Assembly (NCBI GenBank): GCA_030647775.1
Contig: JAUSJC010000010.1
Span: 433,334 to 497,333, forward strand
DNA from: Candidatus Curtissbacteria bacterium
Lineage (GTDB): Bacteria; Patescibacteriota; Microgenomatia; Curtissbacterales; GWA2-41-24
Direction: 5' to 3'
DNA length: 64,000 nt
In this document: positions 38,897 through 47,733 of the stretch, in pieces
How the letters are laid out: each line of letters starts with the position of its first letter
How positions within the stretch are numbered: the first letter of the stretch is position 1
The notes under the pieces: generated by a model
Database searches by the model: none
Seen by the model: only the letters and a program-made list of their open reading frames with translations
What the model was told of the DNA's origin: nothing
Made by a program: the position numbers and the translations under genes

Positions 38897-39415
38897 ATGC
38901 GCAAGATTTTGTGGGCTGTTTTTACTATACTCTTGGCAGGACTGATTTTTTTTGGGCTGACTAAAATCTCCAAAAATTTCAGCTTTAAAAAATCTGCCGC
39001 TGTTCAAAGTGTAAACGTTGAGCCGGTTGTCCAAATCGAAGGTACCGATCTTTATCTTGCCGAAAACGGAGAAGTAGTTGCCAGATCTGGTTCTAAAAAG
39101 CCGCTTCTATATCTGGACAAAAATATAAAATTCGCGGCCGGTCAAAAAATTACCCAGGGGCAGATTTTATTTGCCGCCAAAATCGCCGCCGGTTTAATAA
39201 AATCGGATTTCACAGTTGCCACTATCAGGCTTTTGGATTCTCGCGATATCGCCGTTTATAATCCCCAGGACGCGATTGCCGTTTTTTCCAGCAATAAAGA
39301 CGCGAATTTGCAGATTGACTCTTTACAGCAGGTCCTGGCCAAAGCTAAAATAGATGCGACAAAAATTGTAAAAATCGATTTGCGTTTTGATAAGCCTGTT
39401 ATCGCCTTTAAATAA
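38897..39415 (+). CDS. ftsQ: reduced FtsQ/DivIB-like protein
   Basis: TM anchor, position between murG and ftsA, C-terminal KIDLRFDKPV motif. Confidence 0.7.
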   Translation: MRKILWAVFTILLAGLIFFGLTKISKNFSFKKSAAVQSVNVEPVVQIEGTDLYLAENGEVVARSGSKKPLLYLDKNIKFAAGQKITQGQILFAAKIAAGLIKSDFTVATIRLLDSRDIAVYNPQDAIAVFSSNKDANLQIDSLQQVLAKAKIDATKIVKIDLRFDKPVIAFK

Positions 39416-39420
39416 TCTCT

Positions 39421-40698
39421 ATGCCTAAAGATAAAATTATAACTGGAATCGATATCGGTTCATCCAAAATTACCACCATCATCGCCCAGGCCACGGAAGC
39501 TTCAAAGCTCAATATTATCGGCGTCTCGTCTGTCGGGGCCCGCGGCTTAAAAAAGGGCCAGGTCGTCGATATCGAAGAGGCTGTAAAGGCAATTACCCAG
39601 TCTCTGGAATCGGCAGAGAGGATGGCCGGTTACTCCGTCGGCAGCGCCTTTATTTCAACAGATGGTACCCACATTGAGTCACAAAACAGTAAAGGAGTTG
39701 TCGCCGTTTCTAGCCCCAGCGGGGAAATATCCGAGGAAGACGTCATCCGCGTTGTCGAAGCCGCCCGCGCCATTTCCCTTCCCTCATCAAAAGAAATTCT
39801 TCACGTAATCCCCAGGTTTTTCATCATCGATTCCCAAAGCGGCATCAAAGACCCGATCGGCATGACCGGTGTCCGGCTGGAGGTTGAAACCCACATTATA
39901 ACCGGCGCCACCACAGCCCTCAGGAATATCGCCAAGTGCGCCAGCCTTGTCGGCATCGACGTAGATGGGTTGGTTTTTTCCGGGCTGGCGGGTGCTTACT
40001 CGGTTCTTACCGATACCGAGCGGGAACTCGGGGTAATTTTGGTCGATTTCGGAGGCGGAACTACCGATATTACCATTTTCACCGACGGTGCCCCGGTTCA
40101 TAGCGCTGTTTTGCCAATCGGTGCCAAAAATGTCACCAACGATTTGGCAATCGGCCTTCGTGTTTCTTTGGAATCCGCCGAAAAAATCAAGCTGGCGCTT
40201 TCATCTGCCCCAAAAATAGCCGTAGAAATGGACGAAGAAGGTAACGCGCAAGACAAAAAGGAATCCGATAAATTGGACCTTGCCGGCCTTGGCATCGAAG
40301 AAGATTTAAGAAACATTTCCAAAAAAACCTTAACCGACGGCATTATCAAGCCGCGCCTGCGCGAAATCATCAATATGGTTAAACTCGAAATCCAAAAATC
40401 CAACTACGCGGGCCTCACGCCCTCGGGCGTCGTTTTAACGGGCGGCGGTGCCCAAACTACCGGCATGATGGATCTTGCCCGTCAGGAACTCGGTATGCCG
40501 GTTCGAATTGGCAGCCCTATGGGTGCCACCGGCTTAGTCGAAGAAGTTTCCTCGCCCGCCAGTGCTGCCAGCCTTGGTCTTGTCGTCTATGGCAGCCAGT
40601 TCCAAACCGATGACGTCCGCCTGCCCCTGGTCGGCCGTATCCAGATTAAAGGCGCCGTCACCCGCGGCCTCGGCTGGATCAAATCTTTATTACCTTAA
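39421..40698 (+). CDS. ftsA: cell division protein FtsA
   Basis: GIDIGSSKI, GLKKG.VVDIE, DPIGMTGVRLE, VDFGGGTTD, AEKIK, VLTGGGA. Confidence 0.97.
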   Translation: MPKDKIITGIDIGSSKITTIIAQATEASKLNIIGVSSVGARGLKKGQVVDIEEAVKAITQSLESAERMAGYSVGSAFISTDGTHIESQNSKGVVAVSSPSGEISEEDVIRVVEAARAISLPSSKEILHVIPRFFIIDSQSGIKDPIGMTGVRLEVETHIITGATTALRNIAKCASLVGIDVDGLVFSGLAGAYSVLTDTERELGVILVDFGGGTTDITIFTDGAPVHSAVLPIGAKNVTNDLAIGLRVSLESAEKIKLALSSAPKIAVEMDEEGNAQDKKESDKLDLAGLGIEEDLRNISKKTLTDGIIKPRLREIINMVKLEIQKSNYAGLTPSGVVLTGGGAQTTGMMDLARQELGMPVRIGSPMGATGLVEEVSSPASAASLGLVVYGSQFQTDDVRLPLVGRIQIKGAVTRGLGWIKSLLP

Positions 40699-40712
40699 CT
40701 CTATATTTTAAT

Positions 40713-40857
40713 CCTGAGCGAAGTCGAAGGACCTCCTCCCTTAACACAAACTGTCATCCTGAACTCGATTGCAAATTTATGAGTAATAAGCTCTCTTATT
40801 CAGGATCTGGTGTTGGTTCAGGATCTTTTTTAGATTCCGGATCAGGTCCGGAATGAC
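40713..40857. repeat. REP-like palindromic cluster between ftsA and ftsZ
   Basis: CCTGAGCGAAGTCGAAGG (40713-40730), then TGTCATCCTGAACTCGATT...CAGGATCT and AGATTCCGGA...TCCGGAATGAC (40752-40857). Confidence 0.8.
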
Positions 40858-41037
40858 GATGAGGTGCGGGTTGCAAACAGCCTCAGATTATGTTGTTTAG
40901 GGAGTGCTATTGAAACAACGATTTCAATAGCTTTCGTACTAACATCCGGACGAAGTCGGAATAAATTCGCGCACGATAATTACTTCCTCGGTGACTGTTG
41001 CAAATAGGGTTGTATTGTGCTTAAATGCCGCTTGCAA

Positions 41038-42132
41038 ATGTTAATCAAGCCCGACGTCAATCGTTTTGCCAAAATTAAAGTCCTCGGCGTTGGCGGGGGC
41101 GGCGTAAACGCCCTCAATTCCATGGTTGCCAATTCTCAAATTCAAGGTGTCGATTTTGTGGCCGTCAATACCGACCAACAGCATCTTTTGGCCTCCATTG
41201 CCCAAACCAAAGTCCAAATCGGGGACGGCATCACCAAAGGTTTAGGTGCCGGTGCCGACCCGGAAATTGGCAAAAAAGCGGCCGAAGAATCTCTCGAGCG
41301 CATTAAACAGGTAATCTCCGGTGCCGACATGGTTTTTATTACTTATGGCGCCGGCGGCGGAACCGGAACCGGTGCCGGTCCGGTAATTGCCGATCTGGCG
41401 CGCAAAATGGGGATTCTGACAGTTGCCGTTGTCACCAAGCCTTTCGGTTTTGAAGGCACCCGCCGAATCGTTGTTGCCGACGAGGGCATAGAAAACCTCC
41501 GCGACCGCGTGGATACTTTAATCGTTATCCCAAACCAAAAACTTTTGGAAGTTGTCGATAAAACCGTTTCCCTTCTGGAAGCTTTCAAGCTTGCCGATTC
41601 CATTCTTTCACAAGGAGTTCAGGGGATTTCCGATATCATTGTCATGCCGGGCCTGATCAATGTTGATTTTGCCGACGTTAAGACCATTATGACCAATGCC
41701 GGCACAACCCTGATGGGTGTTGGTGTCGCCTCCGGCGAAAACCGCGCCGCCACAGCCGCCCGCGCCGCTATTGTCTCACCGCTTCTGGACTCTTCCATCG
41801 AAGGCGCCCGCGGAGTCCTATTTAACATTACCGGCGGTACCGATATGACCATGAACGAAGTCGATGAAGCCGCCAAAGTCATCACCGCCCAGGCCGACCC
41901 TGATGCCCAAATTATTTTTGGCGCCGCCATCGACGAAAAGTTAATCGATCAGATCAAAGTCACCGTTGTCGCCACCGGTTTTGACGAGCAGAGAAGAAGA
42001 TACGTTCAAATGACCACGGAAGATAAAGAAATTCAGGAGCAAGTCCAGTCGCAATCCCAAAACCAGGAAGAAGAACCGGTCATCGACGAAGACGAATTCG
42101 ACATCCCCACCTTCCTCCGCCAAATTCGATAA
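41038..42132 (+). CDS. ftsZ: cell division protein FtsZ
   Basis: VGGGGVNA, NTD, GLGAGA, GGGTGTG, INVDFADV, C-terminal FDIPTFLR; start at ATG 41038. Confidence 0.98.
   Translation: MLIKPDVNRFAKIKVLGVGGGGVNALNSMVANSQIQGVDFVAVNTDQQHLLASIAQTKVQIGDGITKGLGAGADPEIGKKAAEESLERIKQVISGADMVFITYGAGGGTGTGAGPVIADLARKMGILTVAVVTKPFGFEGTRRIVVADEGIENLRDRVDTLIVIPNQKLLEVVDKTVSLLEAFKLADSILSQGVQGISDIIVMPGLINVDFADVKTIMTNAGTTLMGVGVASGENRAATAARAAIVSPLLDSSIEGARGVLFNITGGTDMTMNEVDEAAKVITAQADPDAQIIFGAAIDEKLIDQIKVTVVATGFDEQRRRYVQMTTEDKEIQEQVQSQSQNQEEEPVIDEDEFDIPTFLRQIR
42088..42132 (+). repeat. 45-bp direct repeat, copy 1 (ftsZ 3' end)
   Basis: GAAGACGAATTCGACATCCCCACCTTCCTCCGCCAAATTCGATAA recurs at 42886-42930 with 2 mismatches. 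Confidence 0.92.
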
Positions 42133-42143
42133 CCTACCCATCA

Positions 42144-42168
42144 TCATCCTGAACTCGATTCAGGATCT
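42144..42168. repeat. single GTCAT/ATCT-family hairpin
   Basis: TCATCCTGAACTCGATTCAGGATCT, same family as 40752 and 45459; could also act as a terminator. Confidence 0.75.
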
Positions 42169-42235
42169 ATTCAAATATAACTGTAGTATAATAAATCCGT
42201 AATGAAAGATTGCAAAGTAGTATAATATTCGTATT

Positions 42236-42472
42236 ATGAAAGTAATATTTGGAAAAAACATTGTTGCAGATCCAGAAGTTCTTGCAGGTAAACCCGTGAT
42301 TCGCGGGACAAGAATTCCTGTGGATTTAATTCTTAAAAAACTGGCTGAAAATATAACCACGGATAAAATTTTAAAAGATTACCCAAGGCTTACAAAAGGA
42401 CATATCCAGGAAATTCTAAAATACGCCCACTCACTTGTTGCTAGAGAAGAAGTTTATCCAGCGAACCCCTAA
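42236..42472 (+). CDS. DUF433 antitoxin-like protein
   Basis: DPEVLAGKPVIRGTRIPV...ILKDYPRL. Confidence 0.92.
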   Translation: MKVIFGKNIVADPEVLAGKPVIRGTRIPVDLILKKLAENITTDKILKDYPRLTKGHIQEILKYAHSLVAREEVYPANP

Positions 42473-42481
42473 AAGTACTAA

Positions 42482-42853
42482 ATGTCCAAAAAATTGAAAT
42501 TTCTTGCAGACGAAAGTCTGGAATATTCAATTGTGTTATGGCTCCGCAGCTTAAATTACGATGTAACATCGATTGCCGAAGATTGTCCTTCCGTTGAAGA
42601 TGGAAAGGTACTTAAAAAAGCCACTCAAGAAAACAGAATTATAATTACCAATGACAAAGATTTCGGTGATCTTGTATTTCTCAATAAACTTTCCCACAAG
42701 GGAGTAATCCTGCTAAGGTTTAGGACAGAAGAAGTAGAAACTAAAATTAAATTCCTAAAATCTTTCTTGAACAATTATTCGGACAAAATTACCAATAGAT
42801 TTACCGTAATTGACGAGTCAAAAATTCGCATTAGACAATCTGACGACGCGTGA
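42482..42853 (+). CDS. DUF5615 PIN-like toxin
   Basis: KFLADESL, D..VL..A..ENRIIITNDKDFG, HKGVILLR; follows DUF433. Confidence 0.9.
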   Translation: MSKKLKFLADESLEYSIVLWLRSLNYDVTSIAEDCPSVEDGKVLKKATQENRIIITNDKDFGDLVFLNKLSHKGVILLRFRTEEVETKIKFLKSFLNNYSDKITNRFTVIDESKIRIRQSDDA

Positions 42854-42885
42854 AAATTTTTCAGAATAATTGAAGTAATGGAGTT

Positions 42886-42930
42886 GAAGACGAATTCGAC
42901 ATCCCCACCTTCCTCCGACAAATTCGTTAA
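42886..42930 (+). repeat. 45-bp direct repeat, copy 2 (displaced ftsZ 3' end)
   Basis: Translates to EDEFDIPTFLRQIR* but has no in-frame start. Confidence 0.92.
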
Positions 42931-42999
42931 TTGTTCTTATAACATTAATTGTGCGACGCTCTAATAATTTGTTAACTTTAGTACAATAGTAAATAAAAA

Positions 43000-43299
43000 A
43001 TGAAGTATTCAGAGATGGACGATGAAAGCCTAATACAACACATCAAGGATGGTATTGGACCAGGAGGTACTGCTGCCGCTCAATCCGAGCTGATGAAGCG
43101 GTGGCTTTCAAAGCTAAATGGTGCAGTAAGTAAGGTTGAATCTTCTGCTTTGTCAGTTTCAAGTGCCGTCGATGAATTGCATAAGACGATTAAGAATTTT
43201 AATAAACAATCCGCAAGGTCAACGAAATGGATCATTGTACTTACTATAGTCATGGCTCTGCTAGCATCGGCACAAATAATCGTATCATTTGTTAACTGA
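43000..43299 (+). CDS. hypothetical coiled-coil protein with C-terminal TM
   Basis: 99 aa, ends in WIIVLTIVMALLASAQIIVSFV. Confidence 0.7.
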   Translation: MKYSEMDDESLIQHIKDGIGPGGTAAAQSELMKRWLSKLNGAVSKVESSALSVSSAVDELHKTIKNFNKQSARSTKWIIVLTIVMALLASAQIIVSFVN

Positions 43300-43359
43300 C
43301 AAGTTACGACTTCGGGTAAAAGAGGAAGGCACCTATTTTTGTATAAGTGAAGTTAAGCT

Positions 43360-43809
43360 CTACTTTTTAAGTAGACTTTCGTATCTTTTTTCGATTTCTT
43401 CCATTCTAATGCTCCAGTTTCTGATTTCGTCATAGTTTATATCTACCCCAAGTCCAGACCATTCAAAACCAGTCACCCATTCATCCAAATTTTTTGTGTA
43501 ATCCCGCCAATCGGTTGTGACCTCAAACAGCTTCTTGGTGTCGTGTTTAAGTCTTTCTGACAGCTTGACAAAATTCTCTCTTGTTTGCTGTGCACCAAAC
43601 TTTGCCTCAACTAAGTTTTTTCTAACATCTTTATCCTCCTTCTCGTCAATGAAAGATTCAAGTCTCTTAATGGATTTAGAATATGCACGATTAGCGAATA
43701 ACTGGAGGATTGGGATTTTTATTCCTTTTGGAGCGTAGTGAAGCGCAAACCAATATACAACAACTCCGATGGCCAAAGAAAAGATAAACCTGAGAATATT
43801 GTCTAGCAT
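43360..43809 (-). CDS. hypothetical membrane-anchored protein
   Basis: 149 aa, N-terminal TM followed by a charged helical region. Confidence 0.7.
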   Translation of the reverse strand: MLDNILRFIFSLAIGVVVYWFALHYAPKGIKIPILQLFANRAYSKSIKRLESFIDEKEDKDVRKNLVEAKFGAQQTRENFVKLSERLKHDTKKLFEVTTDWRDYTKNLDEWVTGFEWSGLGVDINYDEIRNWSIRMEEIEKRYESLLKK

Positions 43810-43902
43810 ACTGCTAACCTTTCTCAGAACCTAAATAGGGTAGATGACTTAGGAATGCCAACTTCCCTCCGCCGAAAAGTTAGTTAGCTTATAATAACAT
43901 CT

Positions 43903-44457
43903 ATGAAAGTTTTAGTAACGAGGGAAGAAGCAATTATTGAAACTATGCCCTTTTCCAGGGAACTGGTATTGTGGTGTAAAACATACCCCGATTTTGCAAA
44001 AGCATTAAAAATTGTGTACCCAGACAAATTTCTCACTTTAGGTGCTATTGTAACCAGTTTCTGCTCATATAAGCCCAAAGACCAGGTTATCGGAATTTAC
44101 GCCTATGCCTATACGATGAAAGAACCAATCTTCAAGCAAGATTTCGTAATAAACAAAGGGAGTTTACATAAACGATTCATTCTTTATACAAGATACCCAA
44201 CTGCAAGCAAAATGATAAAGGACATTTCTGATTTTTATCGAACTTATGGCATGGATAACAACTATATTAATACTCATCATTTGACCTTCGAGCAATTACC
44301 TGACAAGGTAAAACCAGCGGGACTGAGAGCAGTACAGCTTGCCGAAAAAATTCGCAAAAATGGTCTTTTAAAGAATGACCCGTTCCATACAAAAAAAATA
44401 TATGAAGGTATCATACGAGCTAAAAAAACTGATTGGTTCACAAAAGAAAAATTGTAA
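43903..44457 (+). CDS. hypothetical protein
   Basis: 184-aa ORF with TATAAT 7 nt upstream of the ATG. Confidence 0.75.
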   Translation: MKVLVTREEAIIETMPFSRELVLWCKTYPDFAKALKIVYPDKFLTLGAIVTSFCSYKPKDQVIGIYAYAYTMKEPIFKQDFVINKGSLHKRFILYTRYPTASKMIKDISDFYRTYGMDNNYINTHHLTFEQLPDKVKPAGLRAVQLAEKIRKNGLLKNDPFHTKKIYEGIIRAKKTDWFTKEKL

Positions 44458-44615
44458 AATTTATTTGTGTTTTATAAGTAGCCAGGCGTTGCTGAGGCCG
44501 GGCGGGAAGCCGTGCGTTTTTACAAGCGCGAACGAACCCTTTACCTTTGATTGGTACAAATAGTGAATATCCGGTGTTGGTGTGGGAGAAATCGGTACAA
44601 TTCCTATAACGAATA

Positions 44616-44840
44616 TTATTCGGTTGAAACGGTTAGACCCAAATGATCTTCAATTGTAGTAATCCTTCTTGTATGAGATTCTAATGTTTCTTTGATTTCC
44701 GTTACATCTTCAGAAACTTCAGAGAGTTGAGCTACAATGCCATCCAGCTTGTTAGTGTGCTCGTCAAGGGTTTCCTTAATGGGTTCTAGTTTTTCTTCAA
44801 TTAGTGCTCCGATTTGTTCCAAATCAGTTTTATTCATCAA
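44616..44840 (-). CDS. small coiled-coil hypothetical protein
   Basis: Heptad-like pattern with IKETL..HT repeated twice. Confidence 0.65.
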   Translation of the reverse strand: MMNKTDLEQIGALIEEKLEPIKETLDEHTNKLDGIVAQLSEVSEDVTEIKETLESHTRRITTIEDHLGLTVSTE

Positions 44841-44918
44841 TAGCCATTATTGGCGCGTCACAATTATATGTCAATAAGTACTTTACCAAACCCGCCACGG
44901 ATAAGGTAAAATCATCTA

Positions 44919-45455
44919 ATGATTGTCGCCCTTGGCTCCAAAAACCCCGCCAAAATTGGGGCGGCAAAAATCGCTTTCGAAAAAGTTTTTTCTAAGGAAA
45001 AAATAAAAATTGTCGGCGTGGAAGTTAAATCGGGCATTTCCAGCCAGCCCATGTCAGACAGGCAGTCAATCCGCGGGGCTATTAACCGCGCAAAACAAGC
45101 ACTCAAATCAATCAAAGGCGCGGATTTTGGGGTTGGTATGGAGGGTGGTATCCACAAAATCGGCAAAAAGTGGTTTGAATCCGGCTGGATCGCCGTTGTC
45201 GATAAAACCGGCAAAATCGGCCTTGGCACTTCCGCCCGCTGGGAAATGTCGGCTAAAGTCATGGGCAAATTGGAAGGAAAAGGCGAACTGAGCCATGTCT
45301 TTGAAGATTTGGCCAAAATCGAAAACGCCAAAGATGTCGGTGGGGTCATGGGCCTTGTCACCAAAAATATCCTGCCGAGGGATCTGGCTTATTCCCACGG
45401 CGTCATCTTCGCCCTCGCTCCATTTTTCTCCGACCCGGTTTTCTGGGATGAGTAA
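44919..45455 (+). CDS. yjjX: inosine/xanthosine triphosphatase (DUF84)
   Basis: GSKNPAKI, VKSGISSQPMS, GAINRA, GVGMEGG, GVMGLVT. Confidence 0.9.
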   Translation: MIVALGSKNPAKIGAAKIAFEKVFSKEKIKIVGVEVKSGISSQPMSDRQSIRGAINRAKQALKSIKGADFGVGMEGGIHKIGKKWFESGWIAVVDKTGKIGLGTSARWEMSAKVMGKLEGKGELSHVFEDLAKIENAKDVGGVMGLVTKNILPRDLAYSHGVIFALAPFFSDPVFWDE

Positions 45456-45458
45456 AAT

Positions 45459-45798
45459 TGTCATCCCGAACTTGTTTCGGGATCTAAATCCTCTAAATCG
45501 GGATTTACGCTCTTTATCAAATTTATTTTCCAATCTCTGTGCCAATTTTTTAATTGTTTTTCTCGAGCAATAGCTTCCTTGGCCTGACTATACTGTTCTA
45601 GATAGATAAGTTTTTTTAATTTATATTTCTTTGTAAACCCGTCAACAAATTCGTTTCTGTGCTCGTAAACCCTACGAGTCAAATCATTTGTGACGCCGAT
45701 GTAAAAAGTAGTGTTATGGAAATTAGTTAGGATATAGACAAAATAATTTTTTGTCATGAGCTATTATATACAGATGCTGAAGCGAGTTCAGCATGACA
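45459..45798. mobile_element. GIY-YIG gene bounded by inverted hairpin repeats (candidate autonomous element)
   Basis: Left TGTCATCCCGAACTTGTTTCGGGATCT (45459-45485); right AGATGCTGAAGCGAGTTCAGCATGACA (45772-45798), whose reverse complement has the same TGTCAT-hairpin-ATCT layout. Confidence 0.7.
45461..45757 (-). CDS. small GIY-YIG nuclease
   Basis: YFVYIL...FYIGVTNDLTRRVYEH...FTKKY..KKLIYLE...AIAREKQLKNWHRDWKINLI...NP. Confidence 0.95.
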   Translation of the reverse strand: MTKNYFVYILTNFHNTTFYIGVTNDLTRRVYEHRNEFVDGFTKKYKLKKLIYLEQYSQAKEAIAREKQLKNWHRDWKINLIKSVNPDLEDLDPETSSG

Positions 45799-45803
45799 AA
45801 TTA

Positions 45804-46367
45804 ATGGACGAACAAAAACTCCTTGACGAAATTGCCGAAGAGATAGAAAAGTGCAAAACCTGTAAAGTTGGTAAAACAGGCAAGCCTGTTCCCGGTGAGG
45901 GCGATCCAAACGCCGAAATTGTTTTTATCGGTGAAGCACCGGGCCGGACGGAAGGGGAGACAGGTCGGCCGTTTATCGGCCGTTCCGGCCAGTATTTAAC
46001 AAAACTGATCGAGTCAATCGGCTTGAACCGAAGCGACGTTTTTATTACCAGCCCCGTTAAATATTTCCCAATTAAATCCGGCAAAGGCAGGGCGCCGACC
46101 GACGCCGAAATTGCCCACGGAAGGAAGCATTTATTAAAACAACTAGTAATAATCGATCCAAAACTCATCATCCTTCTAGGAAAAGTTGCCTCAAAAGCCA
46201 TCCTAAAAAAAGATATACTAGTATACTTGGACCATGGAAAGCTCTTGAGAGAAAATGGCAGGACATATTTCATCACCTATCACCCCGCCGCCGCCATCCG
46301 TTTCCAGAAATTTAAGGCTTTAATAGAACAAGACTTCAAACTGCTCAAACGGTTAATAAAAAAGTAG
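45804..46367 (+). CDS. uracil-DNA glycosylase family 4
   Basis: CKTC, VPGEG, IGEAPG, GRPFIGRSG, TYHPAA; start at ATG 45804 because the longer ORF reads through the repeat. Confidence 0.93.
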   Translation: MDEQKLLDEIAEEIEKCKTCKVGKTGKPVPGEGDPNAEIVFIGEAPGRTEGETGRPFIGRSGQYLTKLIESIGLNRSDVFITSPVKYFPIKSGKGRAPTDAEIAHGRKHLLKQLVIIDPKLIILLGKVASKAILKKDILVYLDHGKLLRENGRTYFITYHPAAAIRFQKFKALIEQDFKLLKRLIKK

Positions 46368-46432
46368 TAATAATCTTTTCTCGCGTGCGTTACAATATAA
46401 GTTAGCTTGTTTCTCACAAGCTCGAAATAGGG

Positions 46433-47725
46433 ATGGAAAAAGAAGACGTAATCGAAAAAGACTTAGAAATAACAGCCGCCACCGGTGGTGCCGCGCCTGT
46501 TCAATTACCGGGTAAGGTTATTTCGGTTTTCCCGGCATTGGCGCACCGGAATTTTCAGCTCTATTTTGCCGGCCAGGCAATCTCTTTAATTGGTTTTTGG
46601 CTGCAGCAGGTTGGACTCGGCTTTTACGTTTTCCATCTTACCAATTCCCCGTTTTGGGTCGGTGTTGTCGCATCTGTCGGCGGATTGCCGGTTCTGCTTT
46701 TTACCACATTTGCCGGCGTTTATATAGATAAAGTCGATAAGCAGAAACTTTTGATTTGGACGCAGGTTGTCGAGGCCGCCATTGCTTTTATTTTTGGAAT
46801 TGCCGTTTTCACCCACACGGCCACTTTGCCCCTCATCATTGTTTTGGCTTTTGCCGGCGGAACGGTTACGGCACTCGACCTTCCGGCCCGCCTCACTTTT
46901 ATAGTGGAAATGGTTGGCAAAAAAGATTTGGCTAGCGCCATTCCTATCAACAACGGCGTTTTCAACTCCGCCCGTTTTATCGGGCCGGCAATCGCCGGGG
47001 CTTTAATTGCAACAGTCGGAGTGGGCTGGACCTTTATTTTAAACGGCCTAAGTTTTATTGCCGGTATCTGGGCAATTTCCAAAATGCGCCCCGTTTTTTC
47101 TCACGAACCGGAGAAAAATGTCCACCCCTTCGAATCGCTCAAGATTGGTATTAAATATTCATTTACCCACCCCCAAATTTTCTATTTGATGATTCTTGCC
47201 GCTTCCGCCGCCATTTTTATCTGGCCGTACCAGCCGCTTATGCCCGTAATTTCCGGGGAAGTATTTCAGTCTGGCGCCGCCGGTCTTGGCTCCCTTCTTT
47301 CTGCCGCGGGTGCCGGTTCCTTAACGGGGGCTTTTGTAACTTCCGCCCTGTCTCGTAGGAAAAACAAGGTACCGCAGATTATGGCGGGGCTTTTAATATC
47401 AAGTGTAACCATGATTCTGTTTTCCCTAAATACGAATTTTCTTGTTGCCCACATTCTTCTTTACATCATCGGGTTCGGGGTGCTGATTCAGGTCTCAACA
47501 ATTAACACTCTTGTCCAGCTGGCTTCGCCGGACCAGATGCGCGGCCGCGTGATGTCGGTTTACTTAACAATGTTTGTCGGCATGATGCCCGTCGGCGCTT
47601 TTCTTTCCGGGTTCATTGCCGATAGGACATCGGCACTGTTTACCATTGGGCTTGGGGGAAGCGCGATGCTTTTAATCGGCACAGCCTTTTATTTTAAAGG
47701 AGTCTTCAAAAACCTTGCACTTTGA
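46433..47725 (+). CDS. MFS transporter (MFS_3-like)
   Basis: ALAHRNFQLYFAGQAIS, multiple TMs, FNSARFIGPAIAG, MRGRVMS. Confidence 0.93.
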   Translation: MEKEDVIEKDLEITAATGGAAPVQLPGKVISVFPALAHRNFQLYFAGQAISLIGFWLQQVGLGFYVFHLTNSPFWVGVVASVGGLPVLLFTTFAGVYIDKVDKQKLLIWTQVVEAAIAFIFGIAVFTHTATLPLIIVLAFAGGTVTALDLPARLTFIVEMVGKKDLASAIPINNGVFNSARFIGPAIAGALIATVGVGWTFILNGLSFIAGIWAISKMRPVFSHEPEKNVHPFESLKIGIKYSFTHPQIFYLMILAASAAIFIWPYQPLMPVISGEVFQSGAAGLGSLLSAAGAGSLTGAFVTSALSRRKNKVPQIMAGLLISSVTMILFSLNTNFLVAHILLYIIGFGVLIQVSTINTLVQLASPDQMRGRVMSVYLTMFVGMMPVGAFLSGFIADRTSALFTIGLGGSAMLLIGTAFYFKGVFKNLAL

Positions 47726-47733
47726 AGTAAAAT

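Noticed and set aside
42871-42930. Micropeptide mimicking the FtsZ C-terminal tail
   Set aside because: There is an in-frame TGA at 42871-42873 and no in-frame start codon before the repeat; the ATG at 42878 is in another frame.
44458-44615. GC-richer intergenic patch as a possible ncRNA or gene remnant
   Set aside because: I could not find a convincing structure, repeat match or recognisable translation.
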